Source: Myxococcales bacterium 68-20 (lineage in GTDB: Bacteria; Myxococcota_A; Polyangia; Polyangiales; Polyangiaceae). From it: DNA of 64,000 nucleotides. Each line of letters begins with the position of its first letter. Position 1 is the stretch's first letter. Positions 37,934-47,114 of this stretch are shown here, in pieces. The DNA is taken from positions 15,208 to 79,207 of the forward strand of contig MKVQ01000029.1 in assembly GCA_001899635.1 (NCBI GenBank). Direction: 5' to 3'. Below the pieces are notes generated by a model. That model saw nothing but the letters and a program-made list of their open reading frames with translations. It was not told the DNA's origin and searched no databases. The position numbers and the translations under genes were made by a program.

Positions 37934-39646
37934 CTATCGCGGCGCGCGGGCATACTCGCGCATGAAGACCTCGCGCTGCTCGAGAGAGCCGATCGCGACG
38001 ATCTCGCCGCCTTCGGGCAGGAGCGTCGATGCGGCCGGGTTCGTGATGCACCCCGCCGGTCCCTCGAACGCGATGACGTTCAGGCCCGTCCGCGCGCGGA
38101 TGTCGCTGTCCGCGAGCGTCTTTCCGACGAGCGACGGCGGAACGGGGACGACGATGACGTCCGCGCCCTCCTCGAGGACGACGAGCTCGTTCCCACGAAG
38201 GAACGAGAGCAGCGATTTGACGCCGAGCGAGCTGTAGCTCAGCACCGAGTCGGCGCCGGCGCGATGGATCGCCTCGAGGTTCCGCTCATGCGTGATCCGG
38301 CTCACGATGCGGACGTGGGGGTTCAGACGGCGGCAGAAGATGGCGAGGAAGATGTTCGTGGCGTCGTCGTTCGTCGTCACGACGACCGACGGAGCCTCGC
38401 CGAGCCCCGCGGCCATGAGGATGTCCCGATCGGCAGCGTCGCCGATGAAGACCTTGTCGGCGACGCCCTGGAGCGTGCCTTCGATGAGGTCGCTCCGCTC
38501 GACGAGGTGCACGGCAACGTCACGCTCGCGGAGGGCTCGAGCCGCCGCGACGCCTACCCGTCCTCCGCCGATGACGACGACGGGGTTCTCGTTCGGCTTG
38601 TAGATGACGAAGAGCGAGTCGAGGAGCGTGAGCTGGTCCTCGGTGCCGACGACGATGACGATGCTGTAAGGACCGAGGACCGCGTCGGCATGGGCCGGCC
38701 GAAGGATCCCGGCGTCCCAATACGCGACGATGTTCATCCCGGTGAGCTCGCGGAGCGACGTGTCGCGGATCGCCTTCCCGGAGAGCCCGGTGTTGTGCAC
38801 CGGCAGCTCCGCGATCACGAGGTCGCGGAAGCGACCGACGACGTGCGCGCGGATGTGCCCCGCGTTGACGCGCGCGGCGAGGTGCTCGCCGAGCCGGCGC
38901 TTCAGCGGCAGCGTCGTCGTGGCGCCGCTCAGCTCGAGGACGTCCGTGGCGTCGTCGCTGTCGGCGAGAGCAGCGACGGGGAGGTCCGGCGCCTGCTCGC
39001 GCACGGTCAGGGTCACGTTCGTGTTGCTCGCGTCGTCGAGGTTCGCGAAGACGAGGCGCGCCTTCTCCGCGCGGAGCGCCGCGTAGGTCGCCCGGCTGTC
39101 GAACTCGCCGTGGACGACCGAGACGCCCTCGGAGTGCAGCGCGCCGGCGGCCGCGGCGTCACCTTCGATCACGAAGTACGGGATCGAGAGCGGTTTGAGG
39201 CGCTCGATGAGGCCACGCGCGATCGTGTCGTACTGGCAGAAGATGACGTGCCCGGTCATCGCCGGCGGACACTCGCGCGGCACTCGCAGCCGGATCTGCG
39301 CCTCGAGCCACGGCGCGTAGAAGTACCGGATGAACGCGAACGGCAGCACGATCACGAACATCACGAGCCCCGTGAGGAGCACGACGATGCTGAAGAGGCG
39401 GCCGATGTCCGTGTGGAACGTGATGTCGCCGAACCCGAGCGTGCTCATCACCGTGAGCGTCCAGTAGAGGCTCGTGATCCACGAGTACTCGCGGTTCTCG
39501 ACGACCAGCATGATCGTGCGAAAGCCCACCGAGAACGCGACGACCGTCCCCGCGATCACCGCGAGGAACTTCGCGAACGCCCCGAGGTTCTGTCGGAGGC
39601 TCTTCTCCCTGAGCAGGAACGCGAGCAGCGGTGCAATCGCCCTCAT
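37934..39646 (-). CDS. potassium channel protein with two RCK/TrkA-N domains
   Basis: The selectivity filter is TVMSTLGFGDITF. Two Rossmann-like RCK units follow (VVIGGGRVG..). The start is uncertain: ATG 39646 is preferred, with GTG 39754 as an alternative. Confidence 0.85.
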   Translation of the reverse strand: MRAIAPLLAFLLREKSLRQNLGAFAKFLAVIAGTVVAFSVGFRTIMLVVENREYSWITSLYWTLTVMSTLGFGDITFHTDIGRLFSIVVLLTGLVMFVIVLPFAFIRYFYAPWLEAQIRLRVPRECPPAMTGHVIFCQYDTIARGLIERLKPLSIPYFVIEGDAAAAGALHSEGVSVVHGEFDSRATYAALRAEKARLVFANLDDASNTNVTLTVREQAPDLPVAALADSDDATDVLELSGATTTLPLKRRLGEHLAARVNAGHIRAHVVGRFRDLVIAELPVHNTGLSGKAIRDTSLRELTGMNIVAYWDAGILRPAHADAVLGPYSIVIVVGTEDQLTLLDSLFVIYKPNENPVVVIGGGRVGVAAARALRERDVAVHLVERSDLIEGTLQGVADKVFIGDAADRDILMAAGLGEAPSVVVTTNDDATNIFLAIFCRRLNPHVRIVSRITHERNLEAIHRAGADSVLSYSSLGVKSLLSFLRGNELVVLEEGADVIVVPVPPSLVGKTLADSDIRARTGLNVIAFEGPAGCITNPAASTLLPEGGEIVAIGSLEQREVFMREYARAPR

Positions 39647-39737
39647 GTCGCGCCTGCCCCCGCGTCTTTTGCGTTCGTGCGGAGCATCTTCCCGTGCCGT
39701 CGCTCGAACGGCGGGGGCGCACTCTACCATCGAAGCA

Positions 39738-39771
39738 GGCTCTGCCGGAGCCACGCCCCTGCGGGCAGAGC
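39738..39771 (-). promoter_or_regulatory. GCTCTGCC-N17-GGCAGAGC dyad containing GGCGTGG-N4-GGCAGAGCC (weak sigma54-like GG-N10-GC) upstream of the K+ channel gene
   Basis: ggctctgcc at 39738-39746, ggag, ccacgcc at 39751-39757, and ggcagagc at 39764-39771. The same 9+7 nt motif with the same 4-nt spacing occurs at 61285-61304. Confidence 0.3.
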
Positions 39772-39960
39772 TCAGGCGCGCGCTCCTCGTGCGAGGGGAT
39801 CCGCGCCAATCCAGCGTGCATTCGAGCGCCGGACGGCCTGGCCGCGCCGCGAGACGACCCCATCCTCTCGCCTCTCACGCCGGCGTCGAGCCCGGCGCGA
39901 GGCCCCACGAGCTCGACCGACGTCCGGGCATGCGCGGACTTGCTTGCTTCGAGGTGAGAT

Positions 39961-40932
39961 ATGGCCAACCGAAAACGCACATCCACCCCGCCCGCCGGGC
40001 TGCGAAAACCCGAGGATCCGTGCGAGACTGCCGCCGTGGCCGGGTCCAAGAAGAAGTCCGAAGAAGCCGAAGTCGACGACGAGACCAGGTCCGAGGAGAC
40101 CGGCATCGGCGAGGACGCGATCGATTCGGTCGGCGGCATCGACGACGACGAGAGCGCAGAGCTCGAGGAGCGCCCGAAGACCGGCGCGTCGAGCAGGACC
40201 GCGCGCGCACACGCTACGAGCGAGCACGAAGCCCAGAAGCGGCGCGCGGATCGACAGAAGCGAGACGAGCCGTCGCTTCCGCTCGGCTCGGTCGCTCACC
40301 TCGCCTTCGTGATCGTCGCGGCAATCGGCGTCTACAGCTTCGTCTCGGTCGCGAAGGAAGGCGAGATGCGCCGGCGCTGTACCCCGACGTGCGTCCTCCG
40401 TCCGAACTACGCCGGATACGAGAAGAAGGCGCCGTCGTTCACGCTGAAGGACACAAGTGGGGAGGACGTCTCGCTCGCCAGCTATCGAGGGAAGGTCGTC
40501 GTCCTCAACTTCTGGACGAAGACGTGCCAGCCCTGCATGGAAGAGATGCCGGAGATCGCCGATCTCGCGCGCATCCTCCACCCCATGAAGGACGTCGCCG
40601 TCGTCACCGTGTCGACCGACGAGACCGCGCAGGACGCGTCCGACACGATCAAGGCCGTCCTCAAGGGTGAGCCGCCGTTTCCGATCCTGATGGATCCCGA
40701 TCTCACGGTCGTGCGCGATCGATTCGGCACGAGCCTCTATCCGGAGACGTGGATCATCGACAAGGACGGCGTCATTCGCGCGCGCTTCGATGGAGCCCGT
40801 GAGTGGTCGAACGCCACCGTGGTCGAGCTCGTGAACCAGATCCGAAGCGGCGGCTACTGCCCTGCGCAGGCGCGCGACGGCAAGTTCATCGGCGAGGGCG
40901 CGCGTCTCTGCGAGAGCATGAGCGGCGGCTGA
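39961..40932 (+). CDS. TlpA/redoxin-family thiol-disulfide oxidoreductase with long charged N-terminal extension and one TM
   Basis: VVVLNFWTKTCQPCMEEMPE is the CxxC thioredoxin fold. The TM segment is VAHLAFVIVAAIGVYSFVSV. The N-terminal ~110 aa are rich in acidic and basic residues. Confidence 0.85.
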   Translation: MANRKRTSTPPAGLRKPEDPCETAAVAGSKKKSEEAEVDDETRSEETGIGEDAIDSVGGIDDDESAELEERPKTGASSRTARAHATSEHEAQKRRADRQKRDEPSLPLGSVAHLAFVIVAAIGVYSFVSVAKEGEMRRRCTPTCVLRPNYAGYEKKAPSFTLKDTSGEDVSLASYRGKVVVLNFWTKTCQPCMEEMPEIADLARILHPMKDVAVVTVSTDETAQDASDTIKAVLKGEPPFPILMDPDLTVVRDRFGTSLYPETWIIDKDGVIRARFDGAREWSNATVVELVNQIRSGGYCPAQARDGKFIGEGARLCESMSGG

Positions 40933-40941
40933 CCCGCCCGC

Positions 40942-41931
40942 CTATCGCGCCGGCTTCGCGCTCTTCGTCCCGCGCTCGCGCGGCTTCGCCTTCTTCGCAG
41001 CTGCTCGCAGCTCGCGCGCGCCGCGCTTCGGAGGTGATGCCTCGACCTCGCGCAGGTACGTGGGAAGGTCGACGATCGCGTATCCCTCACGGTTCGGATG
41101 CGCCGGGTCGTAGCGGCGCGCGTCGAGATACGCGAGGAGCTTCTTCAGGATCTTGACCGACGTCCACCGGATGTCGTGGAGGAGCACGACCCCGCCTTCG
41201 TTGTAGACGAGCTGGCGGACGAGATCGCTGAACATGGCCTGCGTGTCGTCACGCTGCATGTCCTTCGCCTCGACGCTCCAGAGCAGGACGTCGAGCTGGC
41301 GCGCCTGCACCGCCTCCTGACCGAAGGCGTCGAGCCCGCCGAACGGAGGCCGGAAGAGGATGGGCCGCTTGCCGATGGCGCGCTCGATCGAGGCTGCACC
41401 GCGATCGATTTGCTCGAGGACCTGGGTACGCGAGATCGTCGTGAGCAGCGCGTGGTCGTAGGTGTGGTTGCCGACGAGGTGGCCGGCCTCGACGACGTTC
41501 CTCAGCACGGCGCGCGAGGCGCGGGCGCGCTCGTCGTCTCCGTCGAGGTAGCGACCGATCACGAAGAACGTGGCGCGGACGTCGTACTCTTCGAGGAGCT
41601 CGAGCACGCGCGGCGTGGTCTCGGGGAATGGCCCATCGTCGAACGTGAGGGTGACGAGCTTCCGCCTGTCCCCCGGCCGGCGGTTTGGGCCTTCGGCGAG
41701 CCTCCACGCCTTCGCCATGTCCGCCTCGGGGTTGAGGCGCGGCCAGGGGAGCGGCCCCGGCGCGTTCGCAGTCTCGACGTGCGGCCAGAGCTCCGGCACA
41801 TCGAAGGCCGGCGCGTGTTTCGGCGTCACCTCGGACGCCACCGCCGGAGCGGGCTCGTCTCGAGGATGGAGGCCCACCCACGATCCGGCAGCGACCGAAA
41901 TGGCCGCTATCACCGCACGAAGTCCACGCAT
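40942..41931 (-). CDS. polysaccharide deacetylase (NodB homology domain) family protein
   Basis: LVTLTFDDGPFPETTPRVLELL..ATFFVIG and LVGNHTYDH, with an N-terminal signal peptide. Confidence 0.9.
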   Translation of the reverse strand: MRGLRAVIAAISVAAGSWVGLHPRDEPAPAVASEVTPKHAPAFDVPELWPHVETANAPGPLPWPRLNPEADMAKAWRLAEGPNRRPGDRRKLVTLTFDDGPFPETTPRVLELLEEYDVRATFFVIGRYLDGDDERARASRAVLRNVVEAGHLVGNHTYDHALLTTISRTQVLEQIDRGAASIERAIGKRPILFRPPFGGLDAFGQEAVQARQLDVLLWSVEAKDMQRDDTQAMFSDLVRQLVYNEGGVVLLHDIRWTSVKILKKLLAYLDARRYDPAHPNREGYAIVDLPTYLREVEASPPKRGARELRAAAKKAKPRERGTKSAKPAR

Positions 41932-42129
41932 CGCGCGGATCGTACGAAGCCGAGGACACTGCTGGCCAAGTACTCGGTGTGTCGAGCCGCCAGTTATCGA
42001 AGCGCGCGTCGGATCGATCGAGCTCGTCCTCTTCCTCTTTGTCGGCCGTGACCGACCGTGACCGAGCGCGTCGCACGGTCGTCGTCATGACGGGAGCGGC
42101 ACCGATGAGCTACCCTTCGGCTCGATCGG

Positions 42130-43686
42130 ATGAAGCGTCCTTCGCGCTCGGACGAGAAGGAGGAGAACGACCTCGCCGGCACGCCCGACGCTGGTACGCC
42201 TCTTCACCCGAGCGCTCCGCCGGTCGTCCAGTTCCTGCCGTCGATCGTGCCGAAGGCGCCGACGATTCCTCCTCCGGCGCAAGTGCCGCGCATCGCGCGC
42301 CCTCGGTCGGAGTCGACGCTCGACGCTACAGCCGCCGCGGCCTCCTCCGCCTCCTCCACGACTGCGGAGACCGCGACACACGCGAGCCGGCACGAGGTCG
42401 ATCCACAAGCGACGTTCGAGGTCGAGCTCGCGCGCGAGATCCTCGGCGCCGAGCGCTTCCGCGCGACGCTCCTCATCGCGATCCCGACCGTCACCCTCTT
42501 CGCCCTCGTCGTCGCCCGTGGCGCCTACCCGGAGCTCGTCGTCGCGCTCCTCCACGGACAGTTCGATCTCGCGCCTGTCGGGCTCTTCCTCATGGCCGTC
42601 GCCGCGTTCGAGCTCGTCGTCCTTCGTTCGATTCGCGAGCAAGGGCGGCGCAACGAGCGTCTCTCGGCCTCCCGCCGCTATGCACAGGCATTCGTGGAGA
42701 CCAGCCTGCCGACGGCGGTCGTCCTCTACTACGCCGCCGTCAGCGGCCCCGTGCAGGCGCTGCTGATGCCGTCGACGTTCGTCTACTTCGTGTTCATCCT
42801 TCTCTCGACGCTGCGGCTCGACTTCGCCATCTGCACCTTCACCGGGCTCGTCGCCGCCGCCGAATATGCCGCCGTCGCGATCTTCTGGGGTCAGGGAGAC
42901 TCCCGCGTCGCCGAGAGCGCGCTCGCGTCGCTCGCTCACCATCTCGGCAAGGCGTCGATCCTGCTCGTCAGCGGCGTGGCCGCGGGCTTCGTCGCCCAGC
43001 GCCTGCGTCGTAGCTTCACCCGCGCGATCGAGTCCGTCGGCGAGCGGCAACGCATCCTCGGCGTGTTCGGGCAGCACGTGTCGCCGGAGGTCGTGGAGCG
43101 GCTCGTCCTCGGGAAGACGGCGGTGAAGAGCGAGCTCCGCGATGTCTGCGTGATGTTCCTCGACATCCGCAACTTCACCTCCTTCTCGGAGAGCAAGAGC
43201 CCCGAGGAGGTGGTCGACTACCTCAACACGCTCTTCGAACCGACGATCGATGCCGTGACCGAGCACCGAGGGATCGTGAACAAGTTCCTCGGCGACGGCT
43301 TCATGGCGATCTTCGGAGCGCCGATCCTCGACGGCGGTGAGAGCTGCGCCGAGGCGGTCGCGGCGGCCATCGACATCGTCGCGCGCATCGAGCAGCTCGT
43401 CGCCGACGGCAAGATCCCGCCGACGAAGGTGGGCATCGGGATCCACGCGGGCAAGGCCGTCGTCGGCAACATCGGCTCCGCCCAGCGCAAGGAGTACACC
43501 GTCATCGGTGACGTCGTGAACGTGGCCTCGCGGATCGAGGCCCTGAACAAAGAGCTCGGCTCGTCCGTCCTTGCCTCGGAGGAGGTCTGGGCCGCGGCCG
43601 GGCGATCGGACGTACGGGCGATCGCCCGCGACTCGATCGCGATTCGCGGGCGTACGCAGCCGATCCGCGTCTGGCAGCTCGCCTGA
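42130..43686 (+). CDS. membrane-anchored class III adenylate/guanylate cyclase
   Basis: There are about 5 predicted TM helices, then VCVMFLDIRNFTSFSE, KFLGDGFMAIFGAP, IGIHAGKAVVGNIG and YTVIGDVVNVASR. Confidence 0.9.
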   Translation: MKRPSRSDEKEENDLAGTPDAGTPLHPSAPPVVQFLPSIVPKAPTIPPPAQVPRIARPRSESTLDATAAAASSASSTTAETATHASRHEVDPQATFEVELAREILGAERFRATLLIAIPTVTLFALVVARGAYPELVVALLHGQFDLAPVGLFLMAVAAFELVVLRSIREQGRRNERLSASRRYAQAFVETSLPTAVVLYYAAVSGPVQALLMPSTFVYFVFILLSTLRLDFAICTFTGLVAAAEYAAVAIFWGQGDSRVAESALASLAHHLGKASILLVSGVAAGFVAQRLRRSFTRAIESVGERQRILGVFGQHVSPEVVERLVLGKTAVKSELRDVCVMFLDIRNFTSFSESKSPEEVVDYLNTLFEPTIDAVTEHRGIVNKFLGDGFMAIFGAPILDGGESCAEAVAAAIDIVARIEQLVADGKIPPTKVGIGIHAGKAVVGNIGSAQRKEYTVIGDVVNVASRIEALNKELGSSVLASEEVWAAAGRSDVRAIARDSIAIRGRTQPIRVWQLA

Positions 43687-43792
43687 CGAGACCACTCGCG
43701 CCCACGGCGAGCGACGGCGACGCGCTCGCCGAACATGCACCTTGGTCACGATGGTTCTTAACCGGCGAGGTGTTCGCCCGTATGGTGTCACG

Positions 43793-45313
43793 ATGACCTC
43801 CTCGCGGGCTCTTTCGCGCCGACACTTCCTTCGTGACATGGGCCTTGCCCTGGGTGTCGGGGTCGCCAAGATCGGCGGCCTCGGCAGCCTCGGCGGCTGC
43901 GCCGAGCCTCTCGCAGAGGGGACGGGCGCCGACTGGAACGCGCTCGCGCGTCTCCTTCCCGGCCGCGTGCTCCGGCCGGGCGGGGTGGATTTCGACGACA
44001 TCGCCACGCCGTGGAACCTGCGCTGGTCGGATCGACCTCGACCGGAAGGCATCGTCCGCGCTGCCAGCGCCGAAGACGTGCGGACCGCCATCCTGTGGGC
44101 GCGCGACAACGGCGTGCCGCTCGTCGCCCGATCGGGCGGGCACTCGTACGCCGGCTACTCGACGACCGACGGCCTCATCATCGACGTCTCGACGATGACG
44201 GAGATTCGCTACGACCCCGCAAGCGAGCGCGCCTTCGTGAACGCCGGCGCCCGCAACACGCACGTCTACGCGGCGCTCGGAGAGGTCGACCGCACCGTCA
44301 CCCACGGGCGCTGCCTCGGTGTCGGCGTCGCCGGGCTCGTCCTCGGCGGCGGCGTCGGCTTCAACATGCGACGCATCGGTCTCACCTGCGATCAGCTCGT
44401 CGAGACCGACATCGTGACGGCGGACGGCGAGATCCTGAAGTGCAACGCCTCCGAGAACGCAGACCTCTTCTGGGCTGCGCGCGGCGCGGGCGGCGGCAAC
44501 TTCGGCATCCACACCTCGTTCACGTTCCAGACGCACGCGGCGCCGCGGCTGACCGTGTTCAACCTGGTGTGGCGTACCCGCCAGGAGGCGGTGCTACGCG
44601 CGCTGCTCGACGTGCTCCATGCGGCACCGAACGAGCTCGGCGTGAAGGTCTCCGTCACCGCGAAGCCCGTCGCATCGGCACATGCGCCGGAGATCGCCGT
44701 GAACCTGCTCGGCCAGTACGCCGGCACGAAGGCAGCCTTCGAGGAGCTGCTCACGTCGGTCTACCAGGTTGCACGTCCCGATCTCCGGCCCGGCACCGAG
44801 TTCATCGAAGAGGCGGACTACTGGCCCGGGCAGGAGAAGCTCAGCGAGCCCGGTCATCGCGAGTTCGCGTACGAGCGGTCGCGCTACGTGATGAAGCCGC
44901 TGTCCGACACGGCGATCGGCGTGATCTTCGCGCACCTTCGGGCCTGGCCGGAGACGAGCGTCGGAGCCATGTGGAAGGGGTTCCTGACGGGGGGCGCGAT
45001 CCGCGACGTCGCGCCGAACGCGACGGCGTTCGTGCATCGGCGGGACTGGCTCCTCTCGGGCACCGAGGTGAACTGGACCGCGAGCGACGCACCCGAGCAG
45101 GTGAAGCGCTCGATGACGTGGATGGACGGATTCCACGCCGCGATGCGCCCGTACACCTCGGACGAGTGCTACCAGAACTTCATCGACGACGGCGAGACCG
45201 ACTGGCGTCGCGCCTACTACGGCGAGAACCTGGAGCGCCTCGTCCAGATCAAGCGCAAGCACGATCCCCGCAACGTGTTCCACTACGCGCAGAGCGTGCC
45301 GCTGACGATCTGA
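43793..45313 (+). CDS. TAT-exported FAD-linked oxidase with berberine-bridge-enzyme (BBE)-like C-terminus
   Basis: MTSSRALSRRHFLRDMGLALGVG is the signal. Also present are VARSGGHSYAGYS, GVGVAGLVLGGGVG and the C-terminal YQNFID..YYGENLERLVQIKRKHDPRNVF. Confidence 0.9.
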   Translation: MTSSRALSRRHFLRDMGLALGVGVAKIGGLGSLGGCAEPLAEGTGADWNALARLLPGRVLRPGGVDFDDIATPWNLRWSDRPRPEGIVRAASAEDVRTAILWARDNGVPLVARSGGHSYAGYSTTDGLIIDVSTMTEIRYDPASERAFVNAGARNTHVYAALGEVDRTVTHGRCLGVGVAGLVLGGGVGFNMRRIGLTCDQLVETDIVTADGEILKCNASENADLFWAARGAGGGNFGIHTSFTFQTHAAPRLTVFNLVWRTRQEAVLRALLDVLHAAPNELGVKVSVTAKPVASAHAPEIAVNLLGQYAGTKAAFEELLTSVYQVARPDLRPGTEFIEEADYWPGQEKLSEPGHREFAYERSRYVMKPLSDTAIGVIFAHLRAWPETSVGAMWKGFLTGGAIRDVAPNATAFVHRRDWLLSGTEVNWTASDAPEQVKRSMTWMDGFHAAMRPYTSDECYQNFIDDGETDWRRAYYGENLERLVQIKRKHDPRNVFHYAQSVPLTI

Positions 45314-45369
45314 GGTCGACTCCCGCGTCGAACGCGGCGTGAGCACGTGGTGGATACACACGCATACCG

Positions 45370-45398
45370 GCGCGCCGAGCTCCTGACGCTCGGCGCGC
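45370..45398 (+). terminator. perfect 11-bp stem / 7-nt loop hairpin after the BBE-like gene
   Basis: gcgcgccgagc (45370-45380), tcctgac, gctcggcgcgc (45388-45398). Confidence 0.5.
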
Positions 45399-45473
45399 GG
45401 ATCTCGTTCCGTCGACGTGAAATGCGCGCCGGGGGTTAACTCCGAGCGAGCTGGGCCGTTGAGGACACCAACC

Positions 45474-47069
45474 ATGAAGGCCCTCCACCACATTGTTCGC
45501 CGTCGCGGTCCACTCACGCTCTGCGCGCTCGCGCTCGGCATCGCATTTGCTGCAGGTTGCAGCAGCAAGGACGACCACGCCCCCTCGCCGGTGCCGGCCG
45601 CCTCCGAGCGTTCGATGACGACCAGCGTGAGCGCGCGCGTGGACGACGAGACCGGCGCGACCCTCGCGCTGCCGAGCGGTGCCAAGCTGACGATCCCCCC
45701 GAACGCGCTCCCGCACGACGCCGACATCACGTTCACCGAGATCGACGACGACAATCCGGATCGCTCGCGCCGCTACTACCGGATCGAGCCGAACCTCCAG
45801 CTCGAGCAGGCCGCCACGCTCACCCTCCCGTACGAGGACCTCGAGCAGCCGATCGAGGGGAGCGAGGAGCCGCTCCTCATGGTCATCGAGAGCAGCACGC
45901 TGAATCCGACCATCAACTCGTCGGGCGAGCTCTCGAACTGGCGCTACGCGGACGTGATCGACCGTGATCCCGTCGAGAACCGCCTCACCGTCTCGACCAC
46001 GCACTTCACCGGCTTCGCCATCTTCACGTGGGTCGACGAGCCCGCGTACATGGTCGTCGACGTCCCCGCCCCGCTCCTCGCCCCCGGAGACATCCTCTTC
46101 ACCCTCAGCGGCTCGCATCCCGGCCCGTTCAAGGACGGCACCTTCAACTGGTTCCCGGGCCATGTCGGAATGCACTGCGGCAAGGACCGGTTCGGCGCGG
46201 ACGAGCGCGTGAAGGACGAGAACCAGCGCGTGGTGACGGACGCGACCGGCATCCCCGACAGCGTCGAGTCGCGCAGCCACGGCGTTCAGAACGCGAGCGT
46301 CGACTCCTTCCGCACGGGCTTCCATGGCGACCATCTCTATCTCGGAGCGCGGCGGCCCAAGAACGTGCGCTTCACTCCCCAGCTCGGTAACTCGGTCTGC
46401 ACCTTCGGCCTCGCGCAGCGCGGCAAGCCGTACAACCTGATCGGCGACGGCGCGCGATTCATGGCCGACATGATGAACGGCGGCTACTCGTGCGTCGGCC
46501 TCGTCGACGCCGCGTACGTCTCGGCGGGCGCGTCGTTCATCTCGAACTGGGATCGCCGCATGGTCGCCGTGACGCCGCTCGACATGTACAAGGAGACCGA
46601 GCCGGTGAAGGAGGTCACCGTCTTCGCGGGAGAGGAGACGAAGATCCCCGTCTACGGCGTCATCGTCGATGCCCGCTCGGACATCGGCTACACCTCCGCC
46701 ATCGTGGGCAGCCCCTCGACCTTCGCCGGGCACTACACGCGTGAACGACGCAGCGTCTACGAGGGTACGGTCTCCAGCTACGCGATCGCGCCCGGCTCCG
46801 CGCTTCCGAAGGGCGTCCAGCTCGTTCCGCAATCGGACGGGCGCGGCTACGAGCTTCGACTCGCACCCGAGGTCGCGGGCACCTTCCAGATCGAGCTCGT
46901 GATGCAACCGGACGCGCAAGGGACGCGCGACTGGAAGCTGTGGAAGACGGCGGTTCCGCTCCCGAACGGCAAGCGCCCGATCCGGCAGTCGTTGACCGTG
47001 ACCGTGCTCGACCGCCCCGGCCCGGGGACTGCGATCACCACCGACGTCGGTTGGCGCACGAAGCTGTAG
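45474..47069 (+). CDS. lipoprotein with central permuted NlpC/P60 (YiiX-like) cysteine hydrolase-like domain
   Basis: The lipobox is MKALHHIVRRRGPLTLCALALGIAFAAGC. The motif order is APGDILFT..FPGHVGMHCG..VESRSHGV..LAQRGKPYNL..GGYSCVGLVDAAY. The N-terminal region LALPSGAKLTIPPNALPHDADITFTEI looks ZU5-like. Confidence 0.6.
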   Translation: MKALHHIVRRRGPLTLCALALGIAFAAGCSSKDDHAPSPVPAASERSMTTSVSARVDDETGATLALPSGAKLTIPPNALPHDADITFTEIDDDNPDRSRRYYRIEPNLQLEQAATLTLPYEDLEQPIEGSEEPLLMVIESSTLNPTINSSGELSNWRYADVIDRDPVENRLTVSTTHFTGFAIFTWVDEPAYMVVDVPAPLLAPGDILFTLSGSHPGPFKDGTFNWFPGHVGMHCGKDRFGADERVKDENQRVVTDATGIPDSVESRSHGVQNASVDSFRTGFHGDHLYLGARRPKNVRFTPQLGNSVCTFGLAQRGKPYNLIGDGARFMADMMNGGYSCVGLVDAAYVSAGASFISNWDRRMVAVTPLDMYKETEPVKEVTVFAGEETKIPVYGVIVDARSDIGYTSAIVGSPSTFAGHYTRERRSVYEGTVSSYAIAPGSALPKGVQLVPQSDGRGYELRLAPEVAGTFQIELVMQPDAQGTRDWKLWKTAVPLPNGKRPIRQSLTVTVLDRPGPGTAITTDVGWRTKL

Positions 47070-47114
47070 GGCAAGAGGTCAGGGCGCAAACCCCAGTTCG
47101 TTGGAGAGATCGGC

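Noticed and set aside
35573-40312. 1579-aa plus-strand ORF spanning the GGDEF, HflX and K+ channel region
   Set aside because: It is antisense to three genes with unambiguous catalytic motifs, and its translation is Arg/Asp/Glu/Leu-rich junk.
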